From Podarcis vaucheri (Eukaryota): 64,000 nt of DNA. The stretch is taken from NCBI GenBank assembly GCA_965113315.1, contig OZ220368.1; one strand, 5' to 3'. Shown one piece after another: positions 26,385-40,700 of the stretch. Position numbers and translations under genes: made by a program. Every line of letters starts with the position of its first letter. Position 1 is the stretch's first letter. The notes beneath the pieces are model-generated. The model saw only the letters and a program-made list of their open reading frames with translations, was not told the origin of the DNA and made no database searches.

Positions 26385-26750
26385 TCAAGTTGTGGTTGCT
26401 TCATCTTAAAAATACTGCAGAGCTGGCAAGGGTTCAGAAAATGACAAGGGGGTGGAGCAACTTCCATATGAAGGAAGGTTATAACATTTAGAGGTTTTGA
26501 GTAGAAGAGGAGGGACACAGCAAAAATTATAACATTACTCAAGAGTCTGGAGAAATAATATTTTATTCCTCTTTTAATAGTAGTATAACCCAGGCACATC
26601 CAATGGGGCTGAATAGTGAAACAAAATGAAGAACTACACAAAGTCCATAGTTAAACTAGAGAATGCAGTATCAGCCACTAACTTGAACGGCTTCCAAAAG
26701 GTGCCTAGGAAAATTAATGAACCAGGCCACTGACGACTACTAGGCATGAT
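26385..26750 (+). mobile_element. Degraded CR1 fragment
   Basis: gagctggcaagggttcagaaaatgacaagggggtggagcaacttccatatgaaggaaggtta resembles the CR1 ORF2 C-terminal region ([19 protein letters not shown]), with frameshifts. Confidence 0.55.
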
Positions 26751-26979
26751 GGCCCTGTACTAACAAGGTGTAGTTATGACTAACTTTAGAAGAATCGAAG
26801 ACAATATGAGAGGCTAGAGTGTATGCACATATCTGTAAAGGCAGGCAAAATCCAGAGATGGTCAATGCATGCTGTTGGATACAGCATAATCAGAGATTAT
26901 GGGAGCTGTCGTGCAATGGCACCGGGAAGGCCACAGGTTTTCACACTAACACAATGTGGCAGCTTGAGATCAATTCCCC

Positions 26980-27850
26980 GGATTGCGCTCCCTTCTCTTG
27001 GCCGCATTTCCCCAAAGGGAAGGCGCCTTTGCGCTTTAGGATCTTTTCCCTTAAGCCCTATATAACCTGAAATGTCCCACGGGAAGGAGCCATAATTAAG
27101 CGTGCCTTCCGGGCTTCGATCCCAAGTCGATTTCCGAGCGCAGCGCTTGGCGCTCGCGGGAGCCTTCCAGCAGCACACTTTATCGATCCACTATGTTAAA
27201 TCATCGATCGCTCCGAGGCGAGAGTTGCCGGCTCAGGCAGAGTTTCGGTTATGGCAGAGCAAGACCAGGCGCGGCTGGAAAGAAGAAAAAGGGGGCGCGC
27301 AGCGGGGGTTTGGGGGAGTCTTCGAGAGCCACTACGCACCTGGCGGGAGACGCTGCCTAGGCCACTTCTTGCTTCCCTTCACTTCATTCTTGGCGCGGAG
27401 ACCTTGCCTAGCCGGCAACAGCAGCAGCAGCAGCAGCAGGATTCCCGCAGTTGAAGAGGGCCAGCCTCGCCTCTAGCCGCAAGGCGCGCAGTGCATCCCG
27501 GGGGTTGTAGGCCTCCTTCCGCGCAGCAGCCTCATCTTCAAGGCGCGCCTCCTGCCCTGAAGAACTACAAGTTCCAGGAGGTGGCGCTGTCGGCTCGGAA
27601 AGGAGAAGTGCTCGCTAAGTGGGGGCTTAAAAAAAGAAGGGAGGACTGCAAGTACCGAAATGCTTTGGGGCGGCCGGTGCCCGCAACCTCTTCTGTCGGC
27701 AACTGTTGTGCTTTTGAAGAACTTGCAGAAAAGTATTAAAAACTGCGCTGCCTCCGCGAAGAGCGGTTGCAATAGAAAGAAATATGAGAAAGCACGGCAG
27801 AAAATGGCTGTGCTTGCGAGAGTGAGTGAGCGCGGGCGCATCTTCACTTG
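26980..27850. promoter_or_regulatory. CpG island, probable SMPD2 promoter / non-coding first exon
   Basis: Sharp rise in CpG/GC content ~3 kb upstream of the SMPD2 ATG. ACTACAAGTTCCAG (ZNF143/THAP11-like, 27564-27577) and AAAATGGC (YY1-like, 27801-27808). The first coding exon has a candidate acceptor at 24358-24359 with an in-frame upstream stop, implying an upstream non-coding exon. Confidence 0.75.
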
Positions 27851-28199
27851 TCAATCACTAGAAGCCTGCTTTTGGAAATTACACAAAAAAATAACACAGC
27901 ATTCCTTAGTTGGTGGGTTGTTGTAGTGTTGGGTTTTTTTAAAGCCCATTAGCTTTTCAGGCATTTATTGTTAAGTACCCCAAACCGTGCTTCAATAGAA
28001 GTTTACATAATTTTGTGACTCGAAAGGGTTGAAAATCAGGCTCACAAGTGGGCCCGGAGGGTAGGAAGTTCAAGAGCCCCTGTGCTAGAGCATAACAACA
28101 ACAAACAGAGTTTGTCACCCTGGTTAGAAGAAAGAAATTCTGAGCATGGTCAGTTTCACATTTGAAACTTACTTACATATAGAAACTTACTTATACATG

Positions 28200-28278
28200 G
28201 CATGCACACGAAAGCTCATACCAAGAACTAACTTAGTTGGTCTTTAAGGTGCTACTGGAAGGAATTTTTTTATTTTGA
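28200..28278 (+). mobile_element. 5'-truncated copy of the same Penelope-like repeat
   Basis: Matches 22726-22804; lacks the CUGAAGA half of the hammerhead. Confidence 0.85.
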
Positions 28279-28990
28279 TTATAGTGCCATAGTGATTACA
28301 GGAGTAAATGGAGTTTGCTTCTGTTGCCTTGAAGTTGAATGCATTTGCGTGGGAACTAGCACCATTTTGTTGTAGAAACATCAGAGTATATATTTGAAGT
28401 AAAAATAGTAAAAGAAGCACTTGTAATGTCTAGCTGCCAAGTTGTTTCTAGCTGCAATTCAAAGTGCTGGTTTGGAGCTTCAAAGCATTACATGGCTCAA
28501 AACACTATATCTAGAGCATCACCTTTCCACATATGAACCTGCCCAGGGAAGTGCCTGCTGTTGAGCTCCAGATATGCCCACCTCCCATCATCCACCTCTC
28601 TTATCTTTCCTGGCCCTGACTTGGACCCTCAAACCCAGCCCTAATGGCACCACTGGAAGTACTCACAGAATACACAGCTGGCAGGAACCCTCCTTGAAGA
28701 GGTATTTCTCTTCTTGCTTTCACAAGAGAGGCGGCCCTTTCGAAACAATGTCTACTGAAAAAGGATGCTGCTTTTGACACAAACTATTTATTTATCCCTG
28801 TGCCCATTTATGCAAAGACATACCAGTGGTTGGGTTGCTTGAAACCTAAGAATCCATATTCTTAATCTCTCTCTTTGCTGGCACCTGTTTGTCACTCCCC
28901 CATACCAAGATCATAAGTACTGTTTGATCTGTTGACTGAGAGTTGATTCAAAGCAGCAGAGTTCATACTTTAGCTAGTCAGAGTGGCTGT

Positions 28991-28996
28991 TTTATT
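28991..28996 (-). terminator. Candidate distal TEAD3 polyadenylation signal
   Basis: tttatt on + (AATAAA on -) at the end of a repeat-poor, AU-rich ~5.8 kb stretch after the TEAD3 stop; other AATAAA hexamers nearby. Confidence 0.4.
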
Positions 28997-31900
28997 GTTC
29001 AAGGTGAACATAAACACTTGAATAAACCCTCATACCACCAAGGAACCAAACAGTAAAATTCAGATATTCCAACAGTGAAATTCCATGACACTGTCTGCAT
29101 TCAAACCATGGTTTGGAGGATTAGGAACAAACCATATGCTTGAGGGCTCTCTTCTTCCCCACTTTCTTTTTCCCCTTTTGAGAACAGCTTCTGCATTACT
29201 CCCTGTTCTAATCAAACCATGGATTGCTATTACATCCAGCCTAAAATCTATGGTTTCAGCAAGCCTTAATAAACCAGGATCAAACTAGTTTACAATTCTA
29301 ATTTGGATGGCTCACTCAAACTCTATAGTTGCATGTAAGTGGCAAAATATGGCTTGATTAAACATCTGTGAGGGGAGGAAAGTAGTCAAGCCCACAAAGG
29401 ATCATCTCAATGCAACCAGTCACACTGTAACTGCATACTTTGAAGCTAGTATGTATTATTATCCAAACACATTTCTATTTATTTCACACACCCACACAAA
29501 CATACGTTTTGCAAAATATACATGGCTTCCATTTTGAGAAGGGGTAAATGAAGAACATATGAATAACAGCTGTGAGCCTATCCCTCACACCTTTGCAATC
29601 TGCCAGATTCACTGGCTTATTTGTCTGTCAAAACTCCAGCTCAGCTGTGAGCATTGCGATTTCCCTTTGGGCAGCTGGCAGTTTTTAAATGTTTAAAACA
29701 GAACACATTCACAAAACAGTGCAAATTGCTTTGGGGATTGGGAAAGCTTCTTGATGACTTCACGGAGTGCCAGTTCTGTAAGTTTCGGAAAAGAAAAGTA
29801 CGTTTGGACTGAACACAGTAGTATTGCTTCCAAACTGGGTTCAGCAAATTAACTCCCAAGTATGAAAGCCAGACTTGAAATCCTACCAGTCATAACTTCA
29901 CAGTCACAAAGCAGATGTTAAACACGATTATTATTTTTTAAAACAGCTATTTACACAAATGAAGGCTAAATGCAATACAAAATCCCCCACTCACCCAGTG
30001 AGATTGTAGACATATATAAATACACAGACCAGTGTAGATTATGGCCTGGTAAAACATTATGGACAAGTGGTGGAATTAAAAGCTGCACTCTTCTCATCGT
30101 TCAATCTGTGCAAGCATCCAGCTTGTCAGGTGGAATGATACGCTGTACCGTCTCCCCATGTGGAATTTTTCCTGACACTCCTCCCCCAATTTTAGAGGAC
30201 GTGGGGGGAGCACATGGTGAGGAGAGTGCCCAGTTGCACAAGTCCCTGTGGAGGACCTCTGCTGATATGGGCTGATGAGGTGGATCCAATTGCAGCTTCT
30301 TATTGCTGGTGCAATGCTCATGAACATACAAGAGAAAATAAAGGGAAGAATGCGAACAGGTGTTTGAGCCAACCCATGAACAAATAAGTTTAATAGTTTT
30401 TAGCAGACCATAGCTTTCTAGAAGCTCCACTGTCTCATCTACTTGAAGATGGACATACAGTAAACACAACAATATATGATACAACCCATCACAGCTGGAT
30501 TAAAAAAAAATACACAAAATATAATACATAAAAATGGTTTTACAATGTGGACTGACAGAGCTCTAAAAAAGGTGACCATAACCCTGGTAAGCTTTACAAA
30601 GTCTTTAAAAAAATAAAACAGTACTTCATGTGAAATTCATAAATACATGGGATGTGGGGTGACATGAGACTTGGTGACTTGAGTTTTTGGGTACCAGTAT
30701 TATGTCCAACTAAGAGAGATTCGTGAAGCTGGCGTTTCTTTAGCCTTGCTGCCATTCTCTGAGGGACACCCAGGTGGGCAGTGGTTTGTAGGTCTATTTG
30801 TGCTCACAGACTTGTGGCCTGCGCAGGGGATTCTACAAGCAGGAAGGCTGGGGAATGGATCTAACTAAATGTTGCACTGAAAGCAAGAATGGTATGGCAT
30901 GGAAGGACTGAAAGGGGGAAAGACGAGAAACGTAACATAGGCCAGTTTTGGAGGAGGTTTATTCCAAAGGCTCCAGCTGGGTTAAAGATTGTGGATAAAA
31001 TACAAGAAACAGTTTTTATATAAGAAAGTTGGGGTTTAGGCAAGACTAAGGCTCTGCTCCACTTTCCCCATGTTGTACACTGAAGTCTCTGCCCCAGGGG
31101 TTTATATATGCCCTCTCTTAAAAAAGTATGTTTAGCAGAAAAGGGAATTCTATTATACATAGGTTAAGGAGAACAGGGAAGGTTTTAACCTTAATTCCCA
31201 GAGTTTTTTGATCTAGGAATGAAAATAAACATGCTACATATAAACTAGCCAGCTCTCCTCTCCTTACAGCTGCAGAGGCTCTGGCTGTAATCATAAGCAA
31301 TTCAACATCCTGTCTCTTTTAACTCTACCTCCTCCCACTAGAATAGCAATAACTGTTATTCAGTTCCAAGGACGCTGTACCTCTCCCCCCGCCCAATGCA
31401 CAGGGGTCTCAGAAACGTACCTGAACTTCAAGCTGGCTTTTACAAAGTAGCCAGTTCTTCCTAAGAGGAATAATACACTGGAGAAAGAGTTGTGGCACTA
31501 GAGAGACCAGTTTGCCCAAAACATCACACACAGATATGCATGAGACCATCAGCTTTGCCAGAGGCAACGCAGTAGGATTATCACATTGGAGGCAGGGGGT
31601 AGAGGATGTGCTCACCTGAATTTAGATTACAACAGATTTTTAGAACTTTCTGCACCTGTTGCTCATCCCCCAAGAGTGCAACATGTGTTGCAAAATAAGG
31701 CACTGTTCCTGAGCAATTTCTGACTTGCTGCTCTACCAAACCAGTCCCCACGTACCATTCCCCTTAGAGTTACCACCTCGGGGGTCCCACATAACACGCA
31801 GAGGAGTGTTCATTTCAACATTCTAGTGGAGTTTTCCAGAAGTTCTTGGGTGGCATCAATTAAAAACACTTCACAGGAAAAAAATTATTACATTAATTAT

Positions 31901-34790
31901 AAATGTCCTTCAAAAAGCTGGGAAACCATTCTGTCAGTTGTTCTCATGGTGTCACCTCTCAGCTGCATGTTGTACTCAAACGGCAGTCCGAAGGATCCTG
32001 GGAACATTCTTAGTCTGCCTTAGCCAGACTTAAGTTTGAGTTAGCCAATGCCTTTGTACCTAGTCCTTCATCCACAGTCGAAACGTGGGTGCTAAATCAA
32101 CAAGGCAGTGGTGATACAGGCCAGGCCTGAAGGAGAGGCCCAAGTCAGTTATGAAAAGCCAGACATCAAGACTTTACGAGGCATCTCCATTACATTATCT
32201 CCTACCTTCTAAGGCAGACAACGGAGAAGGGAGGAGCTCTAAATTTTAACCTGACCCTTATGTTCCAATGAAAGGCACCCAGTACTTCAGCGTCACCACA
32301 ATCTGTTTTTAACAGACATTTTTGCCCGCAGCCAACACACTCTGAATTCCTAGCTCCCTTCCACTGTCTCTTTGGGAATCTCTTTGCACAAATCTTGATA
32401 CCACTATGAAAATGATCCTGGTGGTGAAATCTCTCCTTACAAATTGGATCTGGTCCTAGCATTAGGTAGAGTGAAATGGTCTCCTCAGGCAGGTGTGTTG
32501 AGGTGTCATGAAAACGGCAGAAACATGTGAAGTTACTATAGTATTTATTGCCAGGGGTGGGAAGATGCACCTGTGGGATTTTCTGCCCCAGGTGCCAAAA
32601 TAACTCAACCAGCCTTGAGAACTATGCACTGGGGGGCAACCTCCATTTAAAGCTATAGTCAAATACCCCAAGCATAAAAAAATGTAATTGCAAACTCAAG
32701 TCTGTGCATTCCAATTTCCTCGTAGAAGTGGAAACCTCAAATTCTCTCCTTGCTTGCAAATGGCTTTTCTTTTTCTTTTGCACTGTATTGCACCTTTTCC
32801 AATGGTTTGAGGCTTCTCCATAGTAATCTCACCAGGCCCATGGCAGCATAGGGTGGAGATTAGTCTGAGAGGGTTGAGTAAGAGTATACCAGACTAAAGA
32901 AAGGATGGAGCAGCAAGGAGAATGCTCTTAAAAAATGAAAATCAACCAACTTAAAAGCAAACAAATCACCATGTGGCCAGGGGAAAGCTGAAGGACAAAA
33001 CAGAAAAAAGTTCAATGGTAAAAAAGAAAGGTAGGAAGGCACAAATATTACATTCTGTTAGTTCCTCTATTATTTAAAACTACAAACTAGCATTTAGACA
33101 AAGTATAGCTGAAACCTATGGGCCTGAGCCCTGGAGGTGCCACGTACAGTGAGGTTACTGATATCTTGGCACTGTTCATGTAACAGGATTCCTATAAGCA
33201 CCAATTTAAATCACAAGCCCACTGTCTTAGTCTCCAAGCTTAAGGTCTAGGGGCTCATGTTTATACTTAAACCCTACACAGAAACTTTCTTCAGCATTTC
33301 CAACAGCAAACAGTACAGCTTTCAAATGAAGAGGGATTCTGTATGACATATTGTACTTAGTTTCATCTTTCAGCACCTCCTTGGGTTTAGGCTGCCAGAA
33401 TACGCAATTTTTGCTTTGGTTTTTGTTTTGTTTTTAGCAGCCTCCACAAAGATATCCTAGGTGGGAAGTACATAATCCAGAGGAAAGACTTGCATCGTGA
33501 TATTTAGATCATGCCCTTTCCTAGATGACTACCACAGATGAACAGAGAAGCAGAAGGGAAATTAATACCTTACCAGAACAATGCCCAGGCAGCAAGAACT
33601 TTGGTCTAAGCTTATCCCATGCTGTTTTTGACATGGCAGATGTAATAATAATGCTCCATTGAGAGCTGGTTAAAAATCCCATACAAATTCAGATCCCCCC
33701 CAGGTTACTCAACCTTAGCCAGCCCTAATATTTTCCCAGTCATCTCATTGCTCACCTAGAGTCAGCCTGCTTATCTGCAACCCTATGATTGCAAATCTAT
33801 GCAAATCTCCAAATCTATGATTTCCTGAATTGCTCTCCTCCAGCTGAGCACCCCTCCTTCCTCTTAATACATACTCTAACCTTTTAACATCCCACAGACA
33901 GATATCTTTAAGTCTCTCCATTTCTTGTTGGCGCACACATGCGCACACACGCACACACGATCCTGCAACCCTACTCCCGTCTATTATCCAAACATCTGGG
34001 ACATGGATGTAAAAGCGCCACATTCCTGCCATAATCAACTCCTGGCGCCCTCCCACCACCACTGTATCCTGCAATAGAAAATGCCCAGGAAAATGTTGGA
34101 ACAAAATCGTTTTCTTGCAATTAACCCATGGGTGGCATGTGTGCCACATGACGCAAGCTGCCAATTCCCTGTGCTGGCTCTGCACGCAGCCTGCGTCAAG
34201 AGATGGAAGAAAACTCTTCCTCTTCTTTGTCGGTGTCTTGAACAGAGTGGGATCGGTCACATAAACAAGGCAGCATCTGATTCCCCATCCCTTCCCAAAA
34301 CAGACATCCTTAGCAGCCCTCTCAGAACGCTTTTCTCTAAATGAAACCACCCAGGTTTTGAGGACAAATTGGCACGGGATATATAGGCACATCCAGGTAT
34401 TAAGAAGTAGTTGGCAGTCTCGTTTCACTAGATGCTGTTCTAGTGTTGTGTGACAGGAGAGATATCCAGAGGTACCAGGCCTTGGTGCCAATGTCTCCTG
34501 AAATACTGATGACCGAGCCCCCAGGAACAGTCCTCCTTCTTGTTGCCTCTCCTTCCGTTATACGCTTTCCTGTCATGCTTTTCTTTTCTGCTTGTTTTTT
34601 TCTTGTTAAAAAAATTGTTCCTAAGTAGAAAACATCTGTGATTGTGATACAGTCTTTTTGGCATTGCTTTTTGTGTGTGTTGTGTGTTCGTTTTTCAAAA
34701 GACTTGCGTCAAGGCATCCTATTCGGGTGGCTTCTCTGACAAGACTTCTTCTCTTCTTCCTCAAATTGCCCGGTCACCCCAAGGGGGCCT

Positions 34791-37700
34791 CTAGTCTTTG
34801 ACCAACTTGTACACATGATGCTGGGCTCCGTGCTCGCTGGTGGATACCTCAAAAACAAAGGCTATGCAGAGCAAGGTTTCCTGGGTATCTCTGTTCGTAA
34901 CAACCTGAGGGAAGAAGAACACACACATACTGTGAAATACAGGAAGATGGACTGGGCAAGTCAGACATTGAGACCAGAGAAATGGCATAGTTTTTTGAGC
35001 TAGGTTCCTAAAGTACGAGCTCTCATACTGTATTTTGTACTCAGGTACAGAAGCTGAGTACTTTACTTCTTTAGAAAATTAATGTCTCCCACTCTTCAGC
35101 AGAAAAGGGAGTCCCAGAGTGGCTTGCACATCACTATCTAAAGAGTCAAGACACAAAATGAAAATGAGATTTGAGAGGAAGGTGGAAATTGCAACAGCTG
35201 CAAAGAACACGCTTATTTCAATAGCCACCATCTCTTTTAAAATATGGAAGCAGAAGATTTATCCTTTCCCTGTTGCAATTTAACCATACACATCACAATC
35301 AACAAGCATAATACAGATGTAGTTATCTGCACCCAAGTACAAAATATTATTTCAATCTTCTTTACTTTTACCATCTATTCACTTGATTTCAGTAGGACTT
35401 ATTTGATGAATTACAAAATCTCAAAAATCAAAGCCACAATTCTAAAGATGGGGTGATTTAAGATTTAAGTGGTAACTTTTAACGGATTGCCTGCAAAGAG
35501 GTGAAGATAACGTTCTTCTGTACCTGAGAATGAATCTAAGAAACTGGTAAAATTAACCTCCTCTCTACTTGCAAGGATGAGACAAATGCCCATCTGATCA
35601 AATGAAAATATTTTGAAGTAGGGATTAAGGACTGCAGCAAGTTACTCAACTGAGCCAACACATATAATGGATGGCAGGACAGCCTTTAAATGAGGAACAG
35701 ACTACATGAGTTTGTCCTTGCCAAAGAATCTCACGTGCTGAACAAAATATTTTCCTCATAAGAAATGTCTTCATGACAAACCATTGCCTTCTTGAAAGAA
35801 GCAGATGATGAGCATGACATTGAAAGGCAGAATAAAAAACAACAGGAAGAAAGGAATGCAATTGTTATTTTGGTTGGATCCTGGTTATTGGCATCCATCT
35901 GTCTTGGGGGACAATGGAAGAGTGTGTCTAAAGTCAAACCATTGGAGAGATACAGCACCTGCTTGTAGGCTGTAGGGGAGAGAGAGGTTTTATTACAAGT
36001 GGGGCAGATGAAGGGGTCTGCTTTTGCTGCTACAGGCCCAGATTTAGTCATATTATAGGTAAACTCATTGAAACCAATGACCTAACTTGTACAATTTATT
36101 TCAATGGGTTTTTACTCCAAGTATGACCAAATCTGAAACTATCCAGTTGGTGTCTTCAGCCATGAAAAGCCTACTATGAACATCCAGACAGAAGTTACTC
36201 CTTGCACCAGCTGGAAAGGATTCAGGATAGAAGGAAAATGTTATTTACCTGCAGGATGGTGAAATTCTCCAGGACGCTGTTCATCATGTATTTTTCTGGG
36301 AGGTGTTTCAGTTTATGGATAAAGTTGATCATATATTCGCACATGGGGGACCGATGGATTCGGTACACACACCGTCCGTTCTCCATCCGGGCAAATTCCG
36401 TCTGCAGAAAAAGCATTGATAAGGTATAGACCCTAACAAAGAAGCCGCTGAAGGTGCAATAATATGAGAGAGATTTGTTTATTTATTTATTATTGTGTAT
36501 CGAATGGCGTTCAAGCTTGGTGTAGGAGAACTGGGGAGGTGGCACACCCTAATTATCCATAATTAAGCAGCAGGGGGAAAGGAAGAGAGGACTATACTGA
36601 CATTCTGATAACACATACATTGCTACTTATTATACATGTACTGTTAGCACTTAAAGAGTCTCAAAGCACTTTCCCCTTGGGCTGTACGTTCTTCCCAAGA
36701 ACTTAACTTCCAGTCCCACATTAACTGCTATGCTCTTCACCCACTCTGCAACACTCCCTTCCTGCTGGTACCAGACCCAAAGGAAGCGCAGGACTCACCT
36801 CCACCTTCTCGACTACTTGCTTTCCGAAGGAGCACACTTTAGTGGAGACTGTGATGGTCATGTTTTCTGCACTGCTATACTGACTGCTTACGCCATAAAA
36901 AGCACCAGGACCATCCTGAATGGTGCTGTTCAGATCCGCCTAGAGCAAAGGGAAGGAAGGTGGTGTTATAAATCAAGTACGGATTGTGGCTTTCTGCTTG
37001 GGGCGCAGAGGTCTCTGACCCAAGAGTTCCGAGATGCATTCACTGAGGGGAGCGAAGATGCCAACAGAGAAGTGTATTCATGGTGATACTGCTAATTATT
37101 GACATAAGTATTTAAAAATAGCAAGCTGCTTTCTAACCCTTATCTCATTCAGCCTCACTGCCACTCTTTGCTTTTATGCCCATTTTGTAGATGGAGAATG
37201 GAGGTGACTCGCCCGAAGTCCACAGCTGAGATGGAATTTGAAATGAAGCCTCACAAGCATTCCAAGCCTGGACCACATCGGCTCATGTATTTTTAGCTAA
37301 GGGCTGAGAAGACGAACTGAAAATGCTCAGTGTGGGACGACAACAGCTTTTAAGATTTGATGGCAGGGGAGAGTGACAGCATTTAGGCAATATTAAGTCA
37401 CAGTTCCAAAGGAGGCTCAAACCAGGCTGAATGCTGCAGAGTGGCATTAAAAAATTCAGATGGTAGAGCAAAGCCAATGTAAAACACCAGCTGGTCTTGC
37501 AGTGTGTGCTACGGGAGCCGGAATGTGTTCAGAGGAGGGCAACCAAGATGATAAAGGATCTGGAAACTAAGCCTTATGAGAAGCTGGGTATGTTTAGCCT
37601 GGAAAAGAGGAGACTGGGAGGAGATATGAGAGCCATCTTCAAATATCTTAAGGGCTGTCAAATGGAAGAGGGAACATGCTTCTTTTCTCCTGCTCTGGAG

Positions 37701-40700
37701 GACAGGACTCAAACCAATGGCTTCAAGTTACAAGAAAGGACATTCCGACTAAACATTCGAAAAAACTTTATGACAGTAGGAGCTGTTCGGCAGTTGAACA
37801 GACTCCCACGAGAGGTGGTGGTCTCTTCTTCCTTGGAGGTTTTTAAGCAGAGGTTGGAAGGCCACCTGTCATGGATGCTTTAGCTGAGATTCCTGCATTG
37901 CAGGGGGTTGGACTTGATGCCCCTCGGGGGTCCCTTCCAACTCTTATAGAGTCTATGATTCTATGAACATTTGTGAGAGAAAAATACCATGGCATTGCTT
38001 AGACCTCAAAACATGCTATCGAATGCAGCTCTTTTTCTAAAGGATGAACCCTTTTCCCCAGACCCCTTCAGAATTTCATTTCATTTTTAATATCCCTTAG
38101 GCTCTTCTACCAAGATGCCTGGGTCAAGCCTGCTTAGCATATAAAGCCAGGCAAAACTACGTGAAACACGTGGCTGCCCACTGATGTGGAGAATCTGAGG
38201 CCAGAAAGCATCCCCCCTCCCATCATCCAAACAACATCCACATTCATATAGGAGAATAATGCAACCATGGTCCTCTGGTCTAATTTCCTTAGCCGCCTTG
38301 TCCGATGAAGAAGTACCCAATAATGGCTTTTTCAGAGGCATTGTTCGGCTTTGGGCTGCAAGATTCTTACCCAGAACTTGACCAGGAAAAAGGAGTTCTG
38401 GGGCCCCCTCTCATAGAGCTCCTTCAGGCCACCTTTCTTCTCAGGGAACTTGTCATAGATCTGGCGGATGTCCACTGCCTCCAGCAGCGGGTCGCTGTAC
38501 GAGGGGTTCGTCTGTCCAATGTGCACAAAGAGGTGCTTGCTATACTGTAGGGTGGGAAACACAAATGGCAAAAAATGTAGCGTGCTTCACTACAAAGATT
38601 CAGCCATGACAAAGGGAATCAGATACTCCTGCTGACGCCGCAAAATTCAAAACTCAGTTGCCTTAATGCCAGCTGCCACCATCCAGACCAGGAGCAGCCA
38701 ACATCTCCAGATGTTGAGCTCCAACTTCCAACAGCTCAGGCCAGCATGGGTAATAACCAGAGTTGATGGAAGCTGCATGCCATTGGCGACTCCAGCCTAG
38801 GCAAAAGGGCTGTAAAAATACAGCCAATGTGATATGTGTCTATATTACACAAAACAGCACAGGGAGACCAGAGCTTGAGTCTCTGGCAGCATTTATTACA
38901 TGGGGCTCGTAAGTGAATGTCAGGCTTTATGCAGGTTAGAAAAGAGGGCAGTTTTCTGCAGAGACCCAATGCACTGTAAGCTGAAAAACACCATTGCCAC
39001 CAGCTCCTGCAGTGCCAAACACTTCCCTCCTAAGAGTTACCGTTTCAGGGTCACGCTGCACTTCCATAAACGCTGAATACTCAAGGAGCCGCAGTTTGGT
39101 GGAGGCGATGGTGCGGTCCTGCCAGACTGGCACAGCCGAGGCAGCAGGTGGGAGAGGAGCCAGGGGCTCGTAGCCTGGAAAAAAGAAAGTGTTGCCACAT
39201 TCTTGAGCACTGCAGGGGGAGGTTTCAGCTGCAGAGATGAGGACAACCCTTTAATGCTCCCCCATCTAGCCTAGTTGCCCATCCTTCCAAGAAGCCAAGG
39301 ACTATTTCCTTCCTTATTGCCCAGATGGCAGTTCTAATGCAACAGGACTCTCTGAAATTGTAATGATTCAAATTTCATTTTTAAGCATTTCATATTTGTA
39401 ATAGCTCTGGGATGCCCTTGCATTTAGAAGATGGGAGAACTGAAATGGATTAATTTCCCCTGAACGTTAAGCAAGACTGTTTGTAAACAAAAAAGGTGTA
39501 ATCTCTTAAACTCCAGATGAGGCAATGAGGAATGAAGCAGACTGTACTCCCTAGATAAAATACAATTTAAAACTCCCAAGTACTACAGCAATCCAGGAAG
39601 CTACCCTTCTACTACCATGGAGGTGTCTTTAGAGGAGAGCTTTCCAAACTTTTCATGTTGGTGACACAGTTTTTAGACATGCATCATTTCATGACACAGT
39701 AATTCGGTTTTACTAGCAAACCGGAAGTTAAACCAACCCCTCTCCAGCCCCAGGAGGAGCGTGGGGGGCATTCGCGCAACACACCTACACACTGCAGTGG
39801 ACACAGTAACGTGTCGCGACACAGAGGTTAGAAAGCTCTACTTTAGAACATCAAGAAGATCATTGGACAGGACAGATGGGCTTCCTGATTGACTGCATCA
39901 TTTCCTGCTACAAAAACTGTCTTCCATCTACACAATCCATCTCACAGATGACATTCTGTGGGTAATATGAAGGGATCAAAGGGCAGCATAGAGGCTAGTT
40001 AAAATATAAAAAGCTTTGCTCAAATAATTAAATGCAAAACATCATTTACTGAGTCAAATTTTAAAATCTGGAAGCAGCTAAGGTGTAAAAAGAGTCATTT
40101 ATTTATATTTTATTTCAGTGCTTTTGCCATATTTCCTTGCAAGCAAAATGTGACCATGGTTGGGAAGACAAGGTGGTCCATGATAAGTCTGCTTTCATCT
40201 CCATCATACAGAAACATCCTAGGCAAATGTGAAGGTAGAATCCCTCTCACTCAAAGCAGGCGAGATGATGGAAAACCCATGAGTAGATCATCCTATTTTC
40301 TTTTTGAAAAGCTTAGCAAGTGGCATAGAAGGGGGCTGAATTAGGCCAGCAACAGAGAAATGGTTAGCCCTCTCCACTGCACTGTTTTCCCCCAATCTAA
40401 ATTGCACCCCGAAAGCTCTGTGAGGGTGGGGAGAACCTACAGGTACCATCACCGCTAATGGCAGGATGGAAAGAATCAACCCTTTGGAATAGACAATAAG
40501 GCATTCAGTTTCAATGAATGAAATCAAAGAGATTCACCATCATGGCTGGGCCAAGAAAAAAGTTCAAGCTCTCAGTGAGGTCCTGAGGAAACAGCTAGAA
40601 CCGTCTGTATGAATAAACAGGACTGGGCGCTGGTGGTGACAGGGGAGCCAAGAAAATGTTATGAGGCAGAGCATCAGTTAGTTGGAGAAACAAAATCACT

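Noticed and set aside
27102-27926. ORFs in the CpG island as a divergent gene (e.g. PPIL6)
   Set aside because: No cyclophilin-like or other recognisable peptide and no supporting downstream exons
33745-34491. 248-aa minus-strand ORF downstream of TEAD3
   Set aside because: No recognisable homology, crosses simple repeats and lies in the probable 3'UTR; likely a chance ORF
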